From Thermodesulfovibrionales bacterium (GTDB lineage: Bacteria > Nitrospirota > Thermodesulfovibrionia > Thermodesulfovibrionales > UBA1546), in assembly GCA_049302185.1 (NCBI GenBank), contig JBAQLV010000010.1, positions 38,742-102,741 of the forward strand: a DNA stretch of 64,000 nt, in the 5' to 3' direction. Positions 10,148-20,781 of the stretch are shown one piece after another. The notes under the pieces were generated by a model that was not told where the DNA came from, ran no database searches, and was given only the letters and a program-made list of their open reading frames with translations. Position 1 is the first letter of the stretch, and the number at the start of each line of letters is the position of its first letter. The position numbers were made by a program, and so were the translations under genes.

Positions 10148-10912
10148 ATGGAATTTAATGCGATATACGTTATAGTTGCGCGGGAGTTCAAGAAATTTGT
10201 GAGGGAAAGGTCCAGGCTTGTCTCTGCAATAGCAAGGCCTCTTGTATGGCTTTTCCTTGTCGGCGCGGGGATGTCAAGGCTTGTCCCTCCTGTTGACGGC
10301 GTTTCATACATGCAGTTCATATTCCCGGGCATATTGGGCATGACAATTCTGTTCAGCGCAATGTTCTCCTCAATCTCTATTATCTGGGATAAAGAGTTTG
10401 GTTTTATGAAAGAGATTCTTGTTGCTCCTGTATCTCGGATATCTATAGTTGTAGGGAAGGCATTGAGCGGTATGATTATATCAACAATTCAGGCTGTTAT
10501 TGTACTTTTGCTTTTCCCTCTTCTTGGGCTTAAGCTTGGTGTTACAGATATAATCAGCGCAGTATTTATATGTATGCTTGTGTCTTTCTCGGTGTCTGCC
10601 TTCGGAATAGTAATAGCGACTTTTTATGAGAGTTATGAGAGCTTTAGCGCAATTATGAATTTCATCATCATGCCGATGTTTTTTCTCTCAGGCGCGATGT
10701 ATCCTGTAAAACTTCTGCCAGAGGCTTTGAGGTTTGCAGCCAAGCTTAATCCGCTCACTTACGGCGTAGATGCGCTGAAGCATGTGATCTCTCCGCTTGC
10801 GCACGGGCCGATGAGCCCTGATTTCAGCATTGTTACTGACCTTGCGGTTATTATTGTGCTGTCGGTTATCTTTGTTTTTGCCGGAGCAAAGGCATTTGAG
10901 AGAAGAGGGTAG
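10148..10912 (+). CDS. ABC-2 type transporter permease
   Basis: 254 aa, six predicted TM helices, directly downstream of the DrrA-like ATPase. Confidence 0.85.
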   Translation: MEFNAIYVIVAREFKKFVRERSRLVSAIARPLVWLFLVGAGMSRLVPPVDGVSYMQFIFPGILGMTILFSAMFSSISIIWDKEFGFMKEILVAPVSRISIVVGKALSGMIISTIQAVIVLLLFPLLGLKLGVTDIISAVFICMLVSFSVSAFGIVIATFYESYESFSAIMNFIIMPMFFLSGAMYPVKLLPEALRFAAKLNPLTYGVDALKHVISPLAHGPMSPDFSIVTDLAVIIVLSVIFVFAGAKAFERRG

Positions 10913-10971
10913 GAGAGTTTGACACAGCAGCGCTTTTTTGGTGTATAATAAAAATCTTCTAACCGAGAAAT

Positions 10972-11047
10972 TCCCGGGTAGCTCAGCTGGCAGAGCAGGT
11001 GGCTGTTAACCACCCTGTCGGGGGTTCGAATCCCTCCCCGGGAGCCA
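10972..11047 (+). tRNA. tRNA-Asn (anticodon GTT), CCA encoded
   Basis: Cloverleaf folded by eye: acceptor tcccggg/cccggga, anticodon loop ctGTTaa, T-loop ttcgaat. Confidence 0.9.
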
Positions 11048-11125
11048 AATACCCAAAATCCTGTCTCTTTTTTTCATAATCTGATAATATGAATTATATC
11101 AAATCTTAAAGAATAGGTATGCGTT

Positions 11126-13171
11126 ATGAATATCGATGAGTTATGCATTAACACTATCAGGATGCTTTCTGTTGATATGGTGGAAGAAGCCAATTCAGGG
11201 CATCCGGGAATGCCAATGGGCGCGGCTCCTATGGCGTATGTTCTCTGGACAAGGTTTCTTAAACATAATCCTGAAAATCCAAAATGGCATGACAGGGATC
11301 GGTTTGTACTTTCCGCAGGTCACGGCTCTGCTCTTCTTTATTCGCTTCTGCATTTAACCGGATACGATTTGCCCATTGAAGAAATTAAGAGATTCAGGCA
11401 ATGGGGAAGCAAGACGCCCGGGCATATTGAGTATGGAGATACGCCCGGAGTTGAATGCACGACAGGTCCTCTGGGGCAGGGATTTGGGATGGGTGTAGGA
11501 ATGGCGATTGCCGAAAGATTTTTTGCGGCAAAGTTTAATCAACCGGGACATGAAATAGTAAATCACTTCACATATGCGATAGTTAGCGACGGAGATATGA
11601 TGGAGGGAATCTCCTCAGAAGCAGCATCACTTGCAGGGCACTTTAAGCTGGGAAATCTGATATACCTCTATGACAATAACCACATTTCTCTGTCAGGAGA
11701 GACAAAACTTACCTTCACCGAGGACGTATGCAAGAGGTTTGAGGCATACGGATGGCATGTTCAGAATGTTGAAGACGGCAATGACATAGAGGCTGTTTCA
11801 AGGGCAGTAAAAAAAGCACAGGAAGAAACAGAACGCCCATCCTTGATTTCGGTAAGGACGCACATAGGATATGGAAGCCCTCATAAACAGGATACATTTG
11901 AAGTGCACGGCTCTCCGCTCGGGCATGATGAGGTCACAGCCACAAAGAAGAACCTCGGCTGGCCCTTGGAACCAAAATTTTATATACCGAAAGAAGCTAT
12001 CACGCAATTCAGAAAAGCGGTAGATAGAGGCGCAAGGCTTGAATCAGAATGGAAGGAGAAATTTAATTCATATAGGAAAACATATCCTGAGTTTGCATCT
12101 GAATGGGATAATATGATGAATTTCAAATTCCCTGATGCATGGGATAAGGACATCCCTGTTTTCCCTCCCGACTCGAAGGGCATTGCAACACGCTCTGCTT
12201 CGGGAAAAGTAATGAATGAAATAGCGAATCATATCCCTTCTTTGATAGGCGGCTCTGCTGATTTGAATCCTTCAACCAATACTGAGCTTAAAGGAAAAGG
12301 CAATTTCCAGTTTCCTGATTCAGCGGATAAAAATGTGCAGGGTGCAGCATCAGGTGAATGGGGATATGGAGGGGCAAACATAGCTTTTGGCGTGCGAGAA
12401 CATGCAATGGGAAGCATATCAAACGGAATGGCGCTTCATGGAGGATTGATTCCTTTTGCGGGCACTTTTTTAATATTTTCAGATTATATGAGACCTGCCG
12501 TCAGGCTTGCTGCGTTAATGAAATTGCATGTCATCTATATCTTTACGCATGACTCCTTAGCCCTTGGAGAGGACGGGCCGACTCACCAGCCCGTTGAACA
12601 GCTTTCAAGCCTGAGGGCAATGCCGGGATTGACAGTTATAAGACCTGCTGATGCCAATGAAGCTGCAAAGGCATGGGAAATAGCAGTTACGCATAAGCAC
12701 GGTCCTGTTGCTCTGATTTTCACAAGACAAAAGGTTCCTGTTATAGACAGAGATAAGTATGAATCTGCCGAAGGAGTAAAAAGAGGAGGCTATATACTTG
12801 CTGATTCTGCTCCTCATAATCCTGAAGTTATATTAATTGCAACCGGTTCAGAGGCGCATATTGCGCTTGAGGCATATGAAAGGCTTAAGACTGAAAACAT
12901 TAAAGCGCGCGTTGTGAATATGGCGTCGTGGGAACTTTTTGAGGAGCAGTCGGAAGAGTATAAGAATAAGGTGCTGCCGCGTGATATTAAGGCGAGGGTC
13001 TCTGTTGAGGCAGGTTCAACGCATGGCTGGCATAAGTATATCGGATTGGACGGAATAGTAATTGGAATAGACCATTTCGGAGCATCTGCACCAGGAGAGA
13101 TACTGCTTGAGAAGTTCGGATTTACAACGGAAAATATAGTAAATAAGGCAAAGATGCTTTTAGCGAAATAG
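11126..13171 (+). CDS. tkt: Transketolase
   Basis: 681 aa with the GHPG motif, a SDGDMMEG ThDP site and [16 protein letters not shown]. Confidence 0.95.
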   Translation: MNIDELCINTIRMLSVDMVEEANSGHPGMPMGAAPMAYVLWTRFLKHNPENPKWHDRDRFVLSAGHGSALLYSLLHLTGYDLPIEEIKRFRQWGSKTPGHIEYGDTPGVECTTGPLGQGFGMGVGMAIAERFFAAKFNQPGHEIVNHFTYAIVSDGDMMEGISSEAASLAGHFKLGNLIYLYDNNHISLSGETKLTFTEDVCKRFEAYGWHVQNVEDGNDIEAVSRAVKKAQEETERPSLISVRTHIGYGSPHKQDTFEVHGSPLGHDEVTATKKNLGWPLEPKFYIPKEAITQFRKAVDRGARLESEWKEKFNSYRKTYPEFASEWDNMMNFKFPDAWDKDIPVFPPDSKGIATRSASGKVMNEIANHIPSLIGGSADLNPSTNTELKGKGNFQFPDSADKNVQGAASGEWGYGGANIAFGVREHAMGSISNGMALHGGLIPFAGTFLIFSDYMRPAVRLAALMKLHVIYIFTHDSLALGEDGPTHQPVEQLSSLRAMPGLTVIRPADANEAAKAWEIAVTHKHGPVALIFTRQKVPVIDRDKYESAEGVKRGGYILADSAPHNPEVILIATGSEAHIALEAYERLKTENIKARVVNMASWELFEEQSEEYKNKVLPRDIKARVSVEAGSTHGWHKYIGLDGIVIGIDHFGASAPGEILLEKFGFTTENIVNKAKMLLAK

Positions 13172-13184
13172 ATGCAGATATTAC

Positions 13185-13222
13185 TTTCGCCTCAGCGAAT
13201 CCGCCGAGGCGGACAAAAATTT
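13185..13222. repeat. Hairpin module of repeat family B (TTCGCCTCAGCGAATCCGCCGAGGCGGACAAAAATTT)
   Basis: A near-identical copy lies at 43373-43412, and an inverted related core is inside 20668-20775. It sits right after the tkt stop and is a possible terminator. Confidence 0.75.
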
Positions 13223-13252
13223 CTTTAACTCGATGAGGTTTGTGGAGGATTA

Positions 13253-14884
13253 ATGGTTCGGGAGTTCAGGGATGCTGCTTCCTGCTGGAAAGAAATACTG
13301 TCAGATGTTTCAAAAAACAGAGAACTGCTTTCTGTTATAGAGAGGTTTGCGAGACAAAATACCACACCGGCAAAAATAGTATTTGGCACTTCGGGATGGC
13401 GCGGTGAGATAGGAACTGACTTTACATTCAATAATCTGCGCATTGTGACTTCAGCAATTATAGAAATGCTTAAAAGCAAAGATGAGTCAGTGATGCAGGC
13501 AATTGGCGTTTCAGGTTTTGAAAATGTAAAAACCCATGGAGTTATTGTTGGACATGACAACAGATTCCTCGGCCCTGATTTTGCGATGGAAATCATCGGG
13601 CTTCTTCAAAAACAAGGCATAAGAACATGGTATGCAGGCGAAGCAGCCACGCCTGAGTTTTCAGCAGGGATAGAGATGTTGGGCGCAGCGTGTGCTGTTA
13701 ACTTAACTCCTTCGCATAATCCTGCAAATTATGCCGGGCTCAAGTTTAATCCCTCGGACGGAGGGCCTGCGGGAGCCGATATTACAGCAAAAATAGAAGA
13801 GATAGCAAACAGGATGATGAGAGAGAATGTAATTTTGGAACCGGTGAAACCTGAGAGCGTTGAAAAAATTGATATTGCAGTACTCTATATCAGATACATA
13901 AATGAGAGAAAGACGCTGGATATAGAAAAAATCAGGAGTTTTATAGACAACGAGGATTGTATTTTCTGCGTTGACAATGTTCACGGAGCGACAAGAGGAC
14001 GCATACAGAAGATTCTCGGTGAAAGCACTAAGGTTAAATACCTAAGGACAGAAGACGATTTTCTTTTCGGTGGCGTGGCTCCTGAGCCGTCAGAGAAAAA
14101 CATGCAAGGGGTTGAAAGGGTTTTGCGTGAGAGCAATGCGAGGTTCAGAATGGGGGTTATCATAGACCCTGACGGCGACCGCATAAGACACGCTGACGCA
14201 AATATGCAGATACCTATGAATTATTTCGGAGCAATGGCATTTCATTTTCTGAGCGTATATAAAGGGATTAAGGGAGTAGGTGTGAAATCTGTCGGCACGA
14301 GCAATCTCGTTAATGCCATAGCAAAAAAACTTGGCACAGGCGTAAGAGAGACAAAAGTAGGGTTTAAAAATTTCAGACCGTATATGCTCCGGTCATCAAA
14401 AGAAAGGGCAGTGGTTGCTTTTGAAGAATCAGACGGTATGACAGGATATAATCATACGCTTGAAAAGGATGCGATCTTCGGGTTTCTTCTTGCAATAGAG
14501 ATGATGGCAGTAACAGGCAGGAACCTGAGCGAATATCTGAAAGACATAATGAATGAATTCGGACATTACTATCCTGACCGCTCCGGCATTTCAGTTGACC
14601 GCTCTCTTGCCGGAGAGCCGTTGATTAAAAAACTTTCAGTTATCGGAGAGCATTACAAAGTTGGAGCCACGCTTGATATCGGCGAAAACAAAAGAACCGT
14701 CAGTGATGTTATTATAGGTGATGGAACAAAACTTGTTTTTGACGATGGTTCATGGCTGATGATAAGGCCTTCAGGGACAGAGCCGAAGGTAAGGTTTTAC
14801 ATTGAGGCAAGAACAGAAGAAGAAAAGAAGGCAGTGTTTGAGGCAGCGGAAAAAATAACGAAAGAGGCTATTGGGCTAATATGA
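13253..14884 (+). CDS. Phosphoglucomutase/phosphomannomutase family protein
   Basis: 543 aa with the active-site loop TPSHNP and the metal loop DPDGDR. Confidence 0.85.
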   Translation: MVREFRDAASCWKEILSDVSKNRELLSVIERFARQNTTPAKIVFGTSGWRGEIGTDFTFNNLRIVTSAIIEMLKSKDESVMQAIGVSGFENVKTHGVIVGHDNRFLGPDFAMEIIGLLQKQGIRTWYAGEAATPEFSAGIEMLGAACAVNLTPSHNPANYAGLKFNPSDGGPAGADITAKIEEIANRMMRENVILEPVKPESVEKIDIAVLYIRYINERKTLDIEKIRSFIDNEDCIFCVDNVHGATRGRIQKILGESTKVKYLRTEDDFLFGGVAPEPSEKNMQGVERVLRESNARFRMGVIIDPDGDRIRHADANMQIPMNYFGAMAFHFLSVYKGIKGVGVKSVGTSNLVNAIAKKLGTGVRETKVGFKNFRPYMLRSSKERAVVAFEESDGMTGYNHTLEKDAIFGFLLAIEMMAVTGRNLSEYLKDIMNEFGHYYPDRSGISVDRSLAGEPLIKKLSVIGEHYKVGATLDIGENKRTVSDVIIGDGTKLVFDDGSWLMIRPSGTEPKVRFYIEARTEEEKKAVFEAAEKITKEAIGLI

Positions 14885-15651
14885 TACAAAACACCTTCAG
14901 CATATTAAATGGAATCGGTGTGAAACTTGAAAGAAGGCTTTGGGAAAACGGAATTCTCACTTGGAAGGATTTCTTGAATACCCCGAAGATGAATTTTATA
15001 AGCTCTGACAAAAAAGCGATTTTCGACAACAGCCTTTGTTCCGCTTTGCAGGAGCTTAAAAATTCAAATGCGAGATATTTTGCCGGCACAGTAAAAAGGA
15101 GAGAACACTGGAGGCTGTTTGATACATTCAAAGGCGAGGCAGTATGCCTGGATATAGAGACAAGCGGCCTGATGCCTGAAAAGGGCGGATATGTAACTGT
15201 TGTAGGCATGTATGACGGCTGTGATTACAGGTGCTTTGTCAGAGGCAACGGTCTTTCACCGGAGAATCTTAATAAGGCACTTTCAGGATATAAATATCTT
15301 ATAACGTTTTACGGCGCTGCATTTGACATACCTTTTCTTTTTCGTTCCATGCCCGGGCTGAGGTTTGACATCCCTCATTTTGATATATGTTTCGGTTCAA
15401 GAAAACTCGGATTTCAGGGCGGACTTAAAAAACTTGAAAACAGCATGGGAGTTGAAAGAGACGAGGCTGTCAAGGGTATGGACGGTTATGATGCCGTGAA
15501 ATTATGGGGATCTGCGCAAAACGGAAGCGCTGAGGCTCTTGACCTGTTAAAGCTTTATAACAGGGAGGATACCGTAAATTTATTCGGTATAGCTGAAGTT
15601 ATTTATCAGCGATTAAGAGCGCAGACCGGCATAGAAGAGTATCTCCGGTAA
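14881..15651 (+). CDS. RNase H-like (DEDD/YprB-type) exonuclease domain protein
   Basis: CLDIETSGL, FYGAAFDIPFL and YNREDTVNL resemble the exo I-III motifs. ATGA overlap with the upstream gene. Confidence 0.6.
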   Translation: MIQNTFSILNGIGVKLERRLWENGILTWKDFLNTPKMNFISSDKKAIFDNSLCSALQELKNSNARYFAGTVKRREHWRLFDTFKGEAVCLDIETSGLMPEKGGYVTVVGMYDGCDYRCFVRGNGLSPENLNKALSGYKYLITFYGAAFDIPFLFRSMPGLRFDIPHFDICFGSRKLGFQGGLKKLENSMGVERDEAVKGMDGYDAVKLWGSAQNGSAEALDLLKLYNREDTVNLFGIAEVIYQRLRAQTGIEEYLR

Positions 15652-15757
15652 AATCTCTGTGGTGCAGAGAGTTTTATCCTTACATTTTCTGATAACCCCT
15701 TGACTTTAACTACATGCTTCTTTTATCTTGTTTAAGCAAATTCATATTTATTAAGGA

Positions 15758-16537
15758 GTGATAATGGGGAAGATAAAAGTCGGCATAATCGGCGGCTCGG
15801 GGATGGATGACCCGCGCCTTATGAAGAATAAGAAAGAAAAAAAGGTAAAGACGCCTTACGGGAATCCTTCATCTCCTCTTACCATAGGTAAGATAGAAGG
15901 TGTCGATACGGTTATCCTTGCGCGGCATGGCAAAGACCATTCCATTTACCCGACAGGCGTTAATTTCAGGGCAAATATCTACGCGCTTAAAAAAGAAGGA
16001 TGCACGCATATCCTTGCCACCACTGCGGTGGGCTCCCTCAGAGAGAAAATAAAGCCCGGCGACCTCGTATTTACGGACCAGTTCATAGACCATACAAAAC
16101 ACAGAGCCCTTACATTCCATGATGAAAAGGTTATTCACACTCCAATGGCTGAACCTTTCTGCAAAGACCTCCGCTCCCTGCTGATAAGCTCTGCAAAAGG
16201 ACTTAGGATGAGGCATCATGCTAAAGGCACTGTAATCACAATTGAAGGCCCGAGGTTTTCCACAAAGGCAGAGTCTCACATGTTCAGGAGCTTTGGCGCT
16301 GATGTGATTAATATGTCAACTGTGCCTGAGGTTATACTTGCAAGGGAACTCGGCATCTGCTATCAGACTATTGCAATGTCAACAGATTATGACTGCTGGA
16401 AAGAGGGCGAAGAGCCTGTAACATGGGAAATGATACTGTCTATAATGAACAAGAACTCAGAGAATGTTAAGAAGCTTCTTCTTAAGACAATAGGGAAGAT
16501 AAAATACGAACACTGCGAAACGTGCAAATCCCGTTAG
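15758..16537 (+). CDS. mtnP: S-methyl-5'-thioadenosine phosphorylase
   Basis: 259 aa, IGIIGGSG N-terminus, MTAP-type PNP family motifs (NMSTVPE). Confidence 0.9.
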   Translation: MIMGKIKVGIIGGSGMDDPRLMKNKKEKKVKTPYGNPSSPLTIGKIEGVDTVILARHGKDHSIYPTGVNFRANIYALKKEGCTHILATTAVGSLREKIKPGDLVFTDQFIDHTKHRALTFHDEKVIHTPMAEPFCKDLRSLLISSAKGLRMRHHAKGTVITIEGPRFSTKAESHMFRSFGADVINMSTVPEVILARELGICYQTIAMSTDYDCWKEGEEPVTWEMILSIMNKNSENVKKLLLKTIGKIKYEHCETCKSR

Positions 16538-16562
16538 AAATACAGGATTAATTTCTAACGGG
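16530..16562. repeat. Dispersed hairpin CCCGTTAGAAAT-loop-ATTTCTAACGGG
   Basis: 12-bp stem overlapping the mtnP stop codon. A second copy of the same stem lies at 62548-62574. Confidence 0.8.
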
Positions 16563-16580
16563 ACAAATCATAGGAGGAAG

Positions 16581-17117
16581 ATGATGCCGATAAAATCAAA
16601 GATAAGAACAGTTCCTGATTATCCGAAGAAGGGCATAATGTTCAGGGATATAACTACTCTCATTAAAGACCCAGTCGGATTCAGGCTTGTAATTGACAGT
16701 CTGACACAGAGATACATCACGGGAGATATAAAGTTTGATGTTATAGTCGGGATAGAATCAAGGGGATTTATAATAGGCGGAGCGCTTTCTTATACCCTTG
16801 GCAGGGGATTTGTTCCGATAAGGAAAAAGGGAAAACTTCCTGCTGAGACAATAAAACACGAATACGAACTTGAATACGGCACCGATATTATAGAGATTCA
16901 CAAGGATGCGATAGGGAAGGGTGATAAGGTGTTGCTTATTGATGACCTGCTTGCGACAGGAGGCACAGCGCTCGCTGCCGCTGCACTGATAGAAAAACTC
17001 GGAGGCACGGTCTCTGAGATGTGCTTTATCGTTGACCTTCCCGATGTGGGCGGCAGAAAAAAAGTTGAGGCAAAGGGATACAAGGTCTTTGCGCTTACGG
17101 AGTTTGAGGGGGATTAA
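16581..17117 (+). CDS. apt: Adenine phosphoribosyltransferase
   Basis: 178 aa with the PRPP loop VLLIDDLLATGGT. Confidence 0.93.
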   Translation: MMPIKSKIRTVPDYPKKGIMFRDITTLIKDPVGFRLVIDSLTQRYITGDIKFDVIVGIESRGFIIGGALSYTLGRGFVPIRKKGKLPAETIKHEYELEYGTDIIEIHKDAIGKGDKVLLIDDLLATGGTALAAAALIEKLGGTVSEMCFIVDLPDVGGRKKVEAKGYKVFALTEFEGD

Positions 17118-17875
17118 ACACCAAGGAACTTATTTAATTGCCCCATGCTTTTTTTTGCATTCTCAGGATTGTGGGCTTCAAGGGTATAAATAAGGTCTTT
17201 GCCTTTCATGGCTGAGAACAATTTACCAAAATCAAATGTTCCTTCGCCAATCGGGAGATGCTGGTCAGAGGTTTTGTTGTTGTCATGCAGGTGAAGCTCA
17301 ATAATATAGGGCTTCAGATGCCACAGCCAATCTTCAAGTGATACTTTAGAAAAAAGGTTAAAGTGCCCAGAATCAAAGCAAATTCCAAAGCTGTTATTCT
17401 CCATTTTTTTCATCAACATTTTCAGATTTGTCGGCTCATCCTCAAAGATATTTTCAATAGCAATTTTGGCGCCGATATCCTCCGCTTTTTTCATCAAAGG
17501 TTTCCATGTCAGGAGGCTTTGCTCAAGCCAGAGGTCTATGTTTAAGGCATATTTCCATTTTTCATATCCGGAATGGAATACGACACATTTCACTTTTAAT
17601 TCTTTTGCAATGTCCAAAACATGATGGAACCTTTCCATTGTTACAGCCCTGACCTTTGAATCAACTGCGCCCGGCGATAAATCCATAAACGGAGCATGGA
17701 TTGTCAGGGAAGGGTTGTAATCAAACTGATTTTTAAGCTGTGATATATTTTCTCTGCTTATTGAGTCAAGGGTTTTTGATTCAAGATAGAGTTCAAGGTT
17801 GAGTTTTTCCTGCCTGATGAACGAAAGGTGTTCTGCTATTTTGTGATAGGGGATATGGACATGAAAGTCTGTCAC
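17114..17875 (-). CDS. Sugar phosphate isomerase/epimerase (xylose-isomerase-like TIM barrel)
   Basis: 253 aa. VVFHSG, IAIENIF and CFDSGHFN...ELHLHDN are metal-ligand motifs of this fold. Confidence 0.8.
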   Translation of the reverse strand: MTDFHVHIPYHKIAEHLSFIRQEKLNLELYLESKTLDSISRENISQLKNQFDYNPSLTIHAPFMDLSPGAVDSKVRAVTMERFHHVLDIAKELKVKCVVFHSGYEKWKYALNIDLWLEQSLLTWKPLMKKAEDIGAKIAIENIFEDEPTNLKMLMKKMENNSFGICFDSGHFNLFSKVSLEDWLWHLKPYIIELHLHDNNKTSDQHLPIGEGTFDFGKLFSAMKGKDLIYTLEAHNPENAKKSMGQLNKFLGV

Positions 17876-18177
17876 TATGCCTTTGCCGCTGACTCAGTTT
17901 TTGTATCTGCTTTGGTTTGTGCATCTGTCTTGGGTTCTGTTTTCGGCTCAGTCCCTGCGTTTTTCTTTGCTTCAGACTTTTTTCCAGATTCGGCGGGCTT
18001 TGATGCATAATCTGTTTTATACCAGCCTGTGCCTTTCAGGATGAATGATGTATTTGAGATAAGCTTTTTCAATGTTCCGCTGCATTTTGGGCATTTACTC
18101 AGCGGCTTATCGCTGAATTTCTGGCGCGCCTCATGCACCTCAGCGCAGTTCAGGCACTCATATTCGTATATCGGCAT
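17875..18177 (-). CDS. FmdB-family zinc-ribbon protein with a Lys/Thr/Glu-rich tail
   Basis: MPIYEYECLNC...CPKCSG, a double CxxC. Confidence 0.8.
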   Translation of the reverse strand: MPIYEYECLNCAEVHEARQKFSDKPLSKCPKCSGTLKKLISNTSFILKGTGWYKTDYASKPAESGKKSEAKKNAGTEPKTEPKTDAQTKADTKTESAAKA

Positions 18178-18283
18178 TTTGCAAACCTCCGGGCAAAAAA
18201 CTTAACTCGTTATTATAACTTAATAATGAGTTTGCGGTCAATCACGCTTGACTTTATGAGAAAAGGTTTTTATTATTCTCTAT

Positions 18284-18360
18284 CGGGGCGTAGCGCAGTC
18301 TGGTAGCGCACACGGTTCGGGACCGTGGGGCCGAAGGTTCAAATCCTTTCGCCCCGACCA
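18284..18360 (+). tRNA. tRNA-Pro (anticodon CGG), CCA encoded
   Basis: Acceptor cggggcg/cgccccg, anticodon loop ttCGGga, T-loop ttcaaat. Confidence 0.9.
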
Positions 18361-18602
18361 AGAATAATCAATCTTTTCTGTTGACTCTCAAAGGGCATTT
18401 AACAAAATGTCTGGCAGGCATATGCGCCTCAAAACCTTTACGACGCAGCGGGATTTTATTAGTTGTGTTATCTAAAATGTTTGGGATTCAAATATGAATA
18501 CTTTATTATTATCACAAATGTCTTACAAAGGTGCTGCCGTAAAGCTTTTTCAGCACACACGCCTGCCATAAAGAAGATTGAAGTACATTTTTCTGGTTTC
18601 AG

Positions 18603-19496
18603 TTAATTCAGCCTGCCTTCTTGTTTCAGCTTATTCACTATTCCCTGTATCTTCGGCAAAGCCTCAATCGCTGCTTTTTCTCCTTCAAGGACAGCCTCAT
18701 GCCTCTTTGAAAAATCAGCGTTGCCTATGTAACCGACCTTTGGCTTTATCACAACATCCGCTTTTGAAAGCTGTATGGCCGCAAGTTTGGAGTACATTAT
18801 GTTTATTGACTGTAAGATGGTCTCGATTGTCCCCTCTGGCTGGGATGAGTCAATATCGCCTGCTATATCCACTGCAATTACTATGTCAGCGCCGAGCCTC
18901 TTTGCTGCGTCAACCGCAACAGGACTGACAACGCCGCCGTCAACATACAGCTTCCCTAAAATATTTACGGGCCTGAATATGCCGGGTATTGAACAGCTTG
19001 CCCTTACAGCGGTGCCTGTATTGCCTGACCCAAAAACAACTTCTTTTCCGCTTTGAATATCAGTTGCAACAGCATAGAATGGAATTTTAAGCTTTTCCAG
19101 CGGTGTGTTTTTTAGTATGCGGTTTATGTACGCCTCAAGTTTTTCCCCCTTTATGAAACCATTGTCTGGGATTGTCAGGTCAGCGACATCGCCTTTTTCT
19201 ATGGAGAATGAGAGTTTCTGGAGTTCAAATGCATTATATCCATAGGCATAAAGCGAACCTACAAAACTTCCCGCGCTTGTGCCGATTATCATGTGTACGG
19301 GTATCTTGTTTGATTCAAGCACCTTAAGAACTCCGATATGCGCAAATCCCTTTGATGCTCCTGCGCCGAGGACAACCGCAATCTTTACGGGAGGCAGAGG
19401 AGGTTTAACTTCTTCTTTTGGAGCGCATGAAAATATAAAAATGACAAGAAAAAAGCAGGTTAAAAATCTTGATGCATTAATCATAATAGAACTCAT
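18603..19496 (-). CDS. Patatin-like phospholipase
   Basis: 297 aa with a signal/TM N-terminus, GAGASKG oxyanion hole, GTSAGS nucleophile elbow and DGG. Confidence 0.88.
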   Translation of the reverse strand: MSSIMINASRFLTCFFLVIFIFSCAPKEEVKPPLPPVKIAVVLGAGASKGFAHIGVLKVLESNKIPVHMIIGTSAGSFVGSLYAYGYNAFELQKLSFSIEKGDVADLTIPDNGFIKGEKLEAYINRILKNTPLEKLKIPFYAVATDIQSGKEVVFGSGNTGTAVRASCSIPGIFRPVNILGKLYVDGGVVSPVAVDAAKRLGADIVIAVDIAGDIDSSQPEGTIETILQSINIMYSKLAAIQLSKADVVIKPKVGYIGNADFSKRHEAVLEGEKAAIEALPKIQGIVNKLKQEGRLN

Positions 19497-19509
19497 TTAA
19501 TTTAGAATC

Positions 19510-19641
19510 GCAGACAGGACATAGTATTTGAGCGGTTTTTTTTGACGATATTCCATAGGAAGATTTATATAATGAGGCAAAAACCTCGGAGCCCCGATAT
19601 TATCGGGGCGAGAATGAGCGAAGATGCTATGTCCTGCCTGC
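19510..19641. repeat. MITE-like element (family B) with 14/15 terminal inverted repeats GCAGRCAGGACATAG
   Basis: TIRs at 19510-19524 and 19627-19641, with an internal GCCCCGAT-atta-TCGGGGC hairpin. It fills the patatin/hypE spacer. Confidence 0.75.
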
Positions 19642-19647
19642 CTCATC

Positions 19648-20661
19648 TCAGCATATCCTTGGAAGCTGTTCGCCTGAAAGCATATCTATAATGCGTGTTC
19701 CGCCGATTCTTGTTTTCAGCAAGACTTTACCTTCGGGCGATTCAGAGACTTCGCCGATAATATTAGCGTCTTTTCCCAAAGGGTTTTTCCTCAGTATCGC
19801 AAGCAGGCTTTCAGCTGCATCTTTCCTGACAACAGCTATTAAAATACCTTCATTTGCAATGTAAAGAGGGTCAATACCTAAAAGTTCAGATGCGCCTCTC
19901 ACTCCGTCCGGAACAGGGATTGACGCTTCTCGTATAGAAAAGCATAGGCCTGATTCCAGAGCCATTTCCTTGAGTGTCGTAGCCAGTCCTCCTCTTGTAG
20001 GGTCTCTCATTGCGTGCACGCCGCCGTATCCGATAATCTCCTCCACCATCTGATTCAGCGGCGCTGTGTCGCTCAGGACAGGAGGATTGAAGCTCAGCCC
20101 GTTTCTTTCAGCCATGACAGCAACTCCGTGGTTGCCGATTGTTCCGCTCACGATGATTTTATCCCCTGATTTTATATTTGCGAGTGAGATATTTACTCCG
20201 TCGTCAAGGATTCCGATGCCGGATGTATTTATGAATATTCCGTCTCCCTTTCCCCTATTGACAACCTTTGTGTCTCCTGTAATAATCTTTACCCCTGATC
20301 TTTTAGCGGCGTCTGCCATTGACGCGAGAATCTTTTTCAGGTCATTCATTAAAAATCCCTCTTCAAGTATTAATCCTGCGCTCATGCAAAGAGGTTTTGC
20401 GCCGACCATTGAGAGGTCATTCACCGTACCGTAAACCGCAAGTTCTCCGATATTTCCTCCCGGGAAAAAGATAGGCGAGACAACATATGAGTCAGTTGTA
20501 AAGGCAAGCCTAATAGGTGAATGGGACAAATCAACAATCGCAGAGTCTCCGAGGCTTTTCATCTCAAATTCAGGGACAAAATACTCCCTTATCAGCTTAT
20601 GCATTGCAGTCCCGCCGCTTCCGTGCGCAAGAAGGATTTTATCCACTGAATCCTCCCACAA
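19648..20661 (-). CDS. hypE: Hydrogenase maturation protein HypE
   Basis: 337 aa, PurM-like fold motifs, C-terminal PRIC. Confidence 0.95.
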   Translation of the reverse strand: MWEDSVDKILLAHGSGGTAMHKLIREYFVPEFEMKSLGDSAIVDLSHSPIRLAFTTDSYVVSPIFFPGGNIGELAVYGTVNDLSMVGAKPLCMSAGLILEEGFLMNDLKKILASMADAAKRSGVKIITGDTKVVNRGKGDGIFINTSGIGILDDGVNISLANIKSGDKIIVSGTIGNHGVAVMAERNGLSFNPPVLSDTAPLNQMVEEIIGYGGVHAMRDPTRGGLATTLKEMALESGLCFSIREASIPVPDGVRGASELLGIDPLYIANEGILIAVVRKDAAESLLAILRKNPLGKDANIIGEVSESPEGKVLLKTRIGGTRIIDMLSGEQLPRIC

Positions 20662-20667
20662 AATCTA

Positions 20668-20775
20668 AAGTCAGCAGGATTGGCTTGAGCGGCATCAGTC
20701 CGCCTGAGGCGGATTCGGTAATCCCGAATGTCTTCGGGATCGAAAAATATCGTAGCAAGCGAAAGGCAGTCCTGC
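20668..20775. repeat. Diverged second copy of the family B MITE-like element
   Basis: It shares the left TTGAGCGG, right AGCGAA and GTCCTGC ends and internal CCGCCTGAGGCGG and ATCCCGAA-tgtc-TTCGGGAT hairpins. It fills the hypD/hypE spacer. Confidence 0.6.
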
Positions 20776-20781
20776 TTACTA

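Noticed and set aside
15654-15676. Weak hairpin TCTCTG-tggtg-CAGAGA followed by GTTTTA after the exonuclease gene, considered as a terminator.
   Set aside because: It has only a 6-bp stem and a poor U-tract, which is not enough to call.
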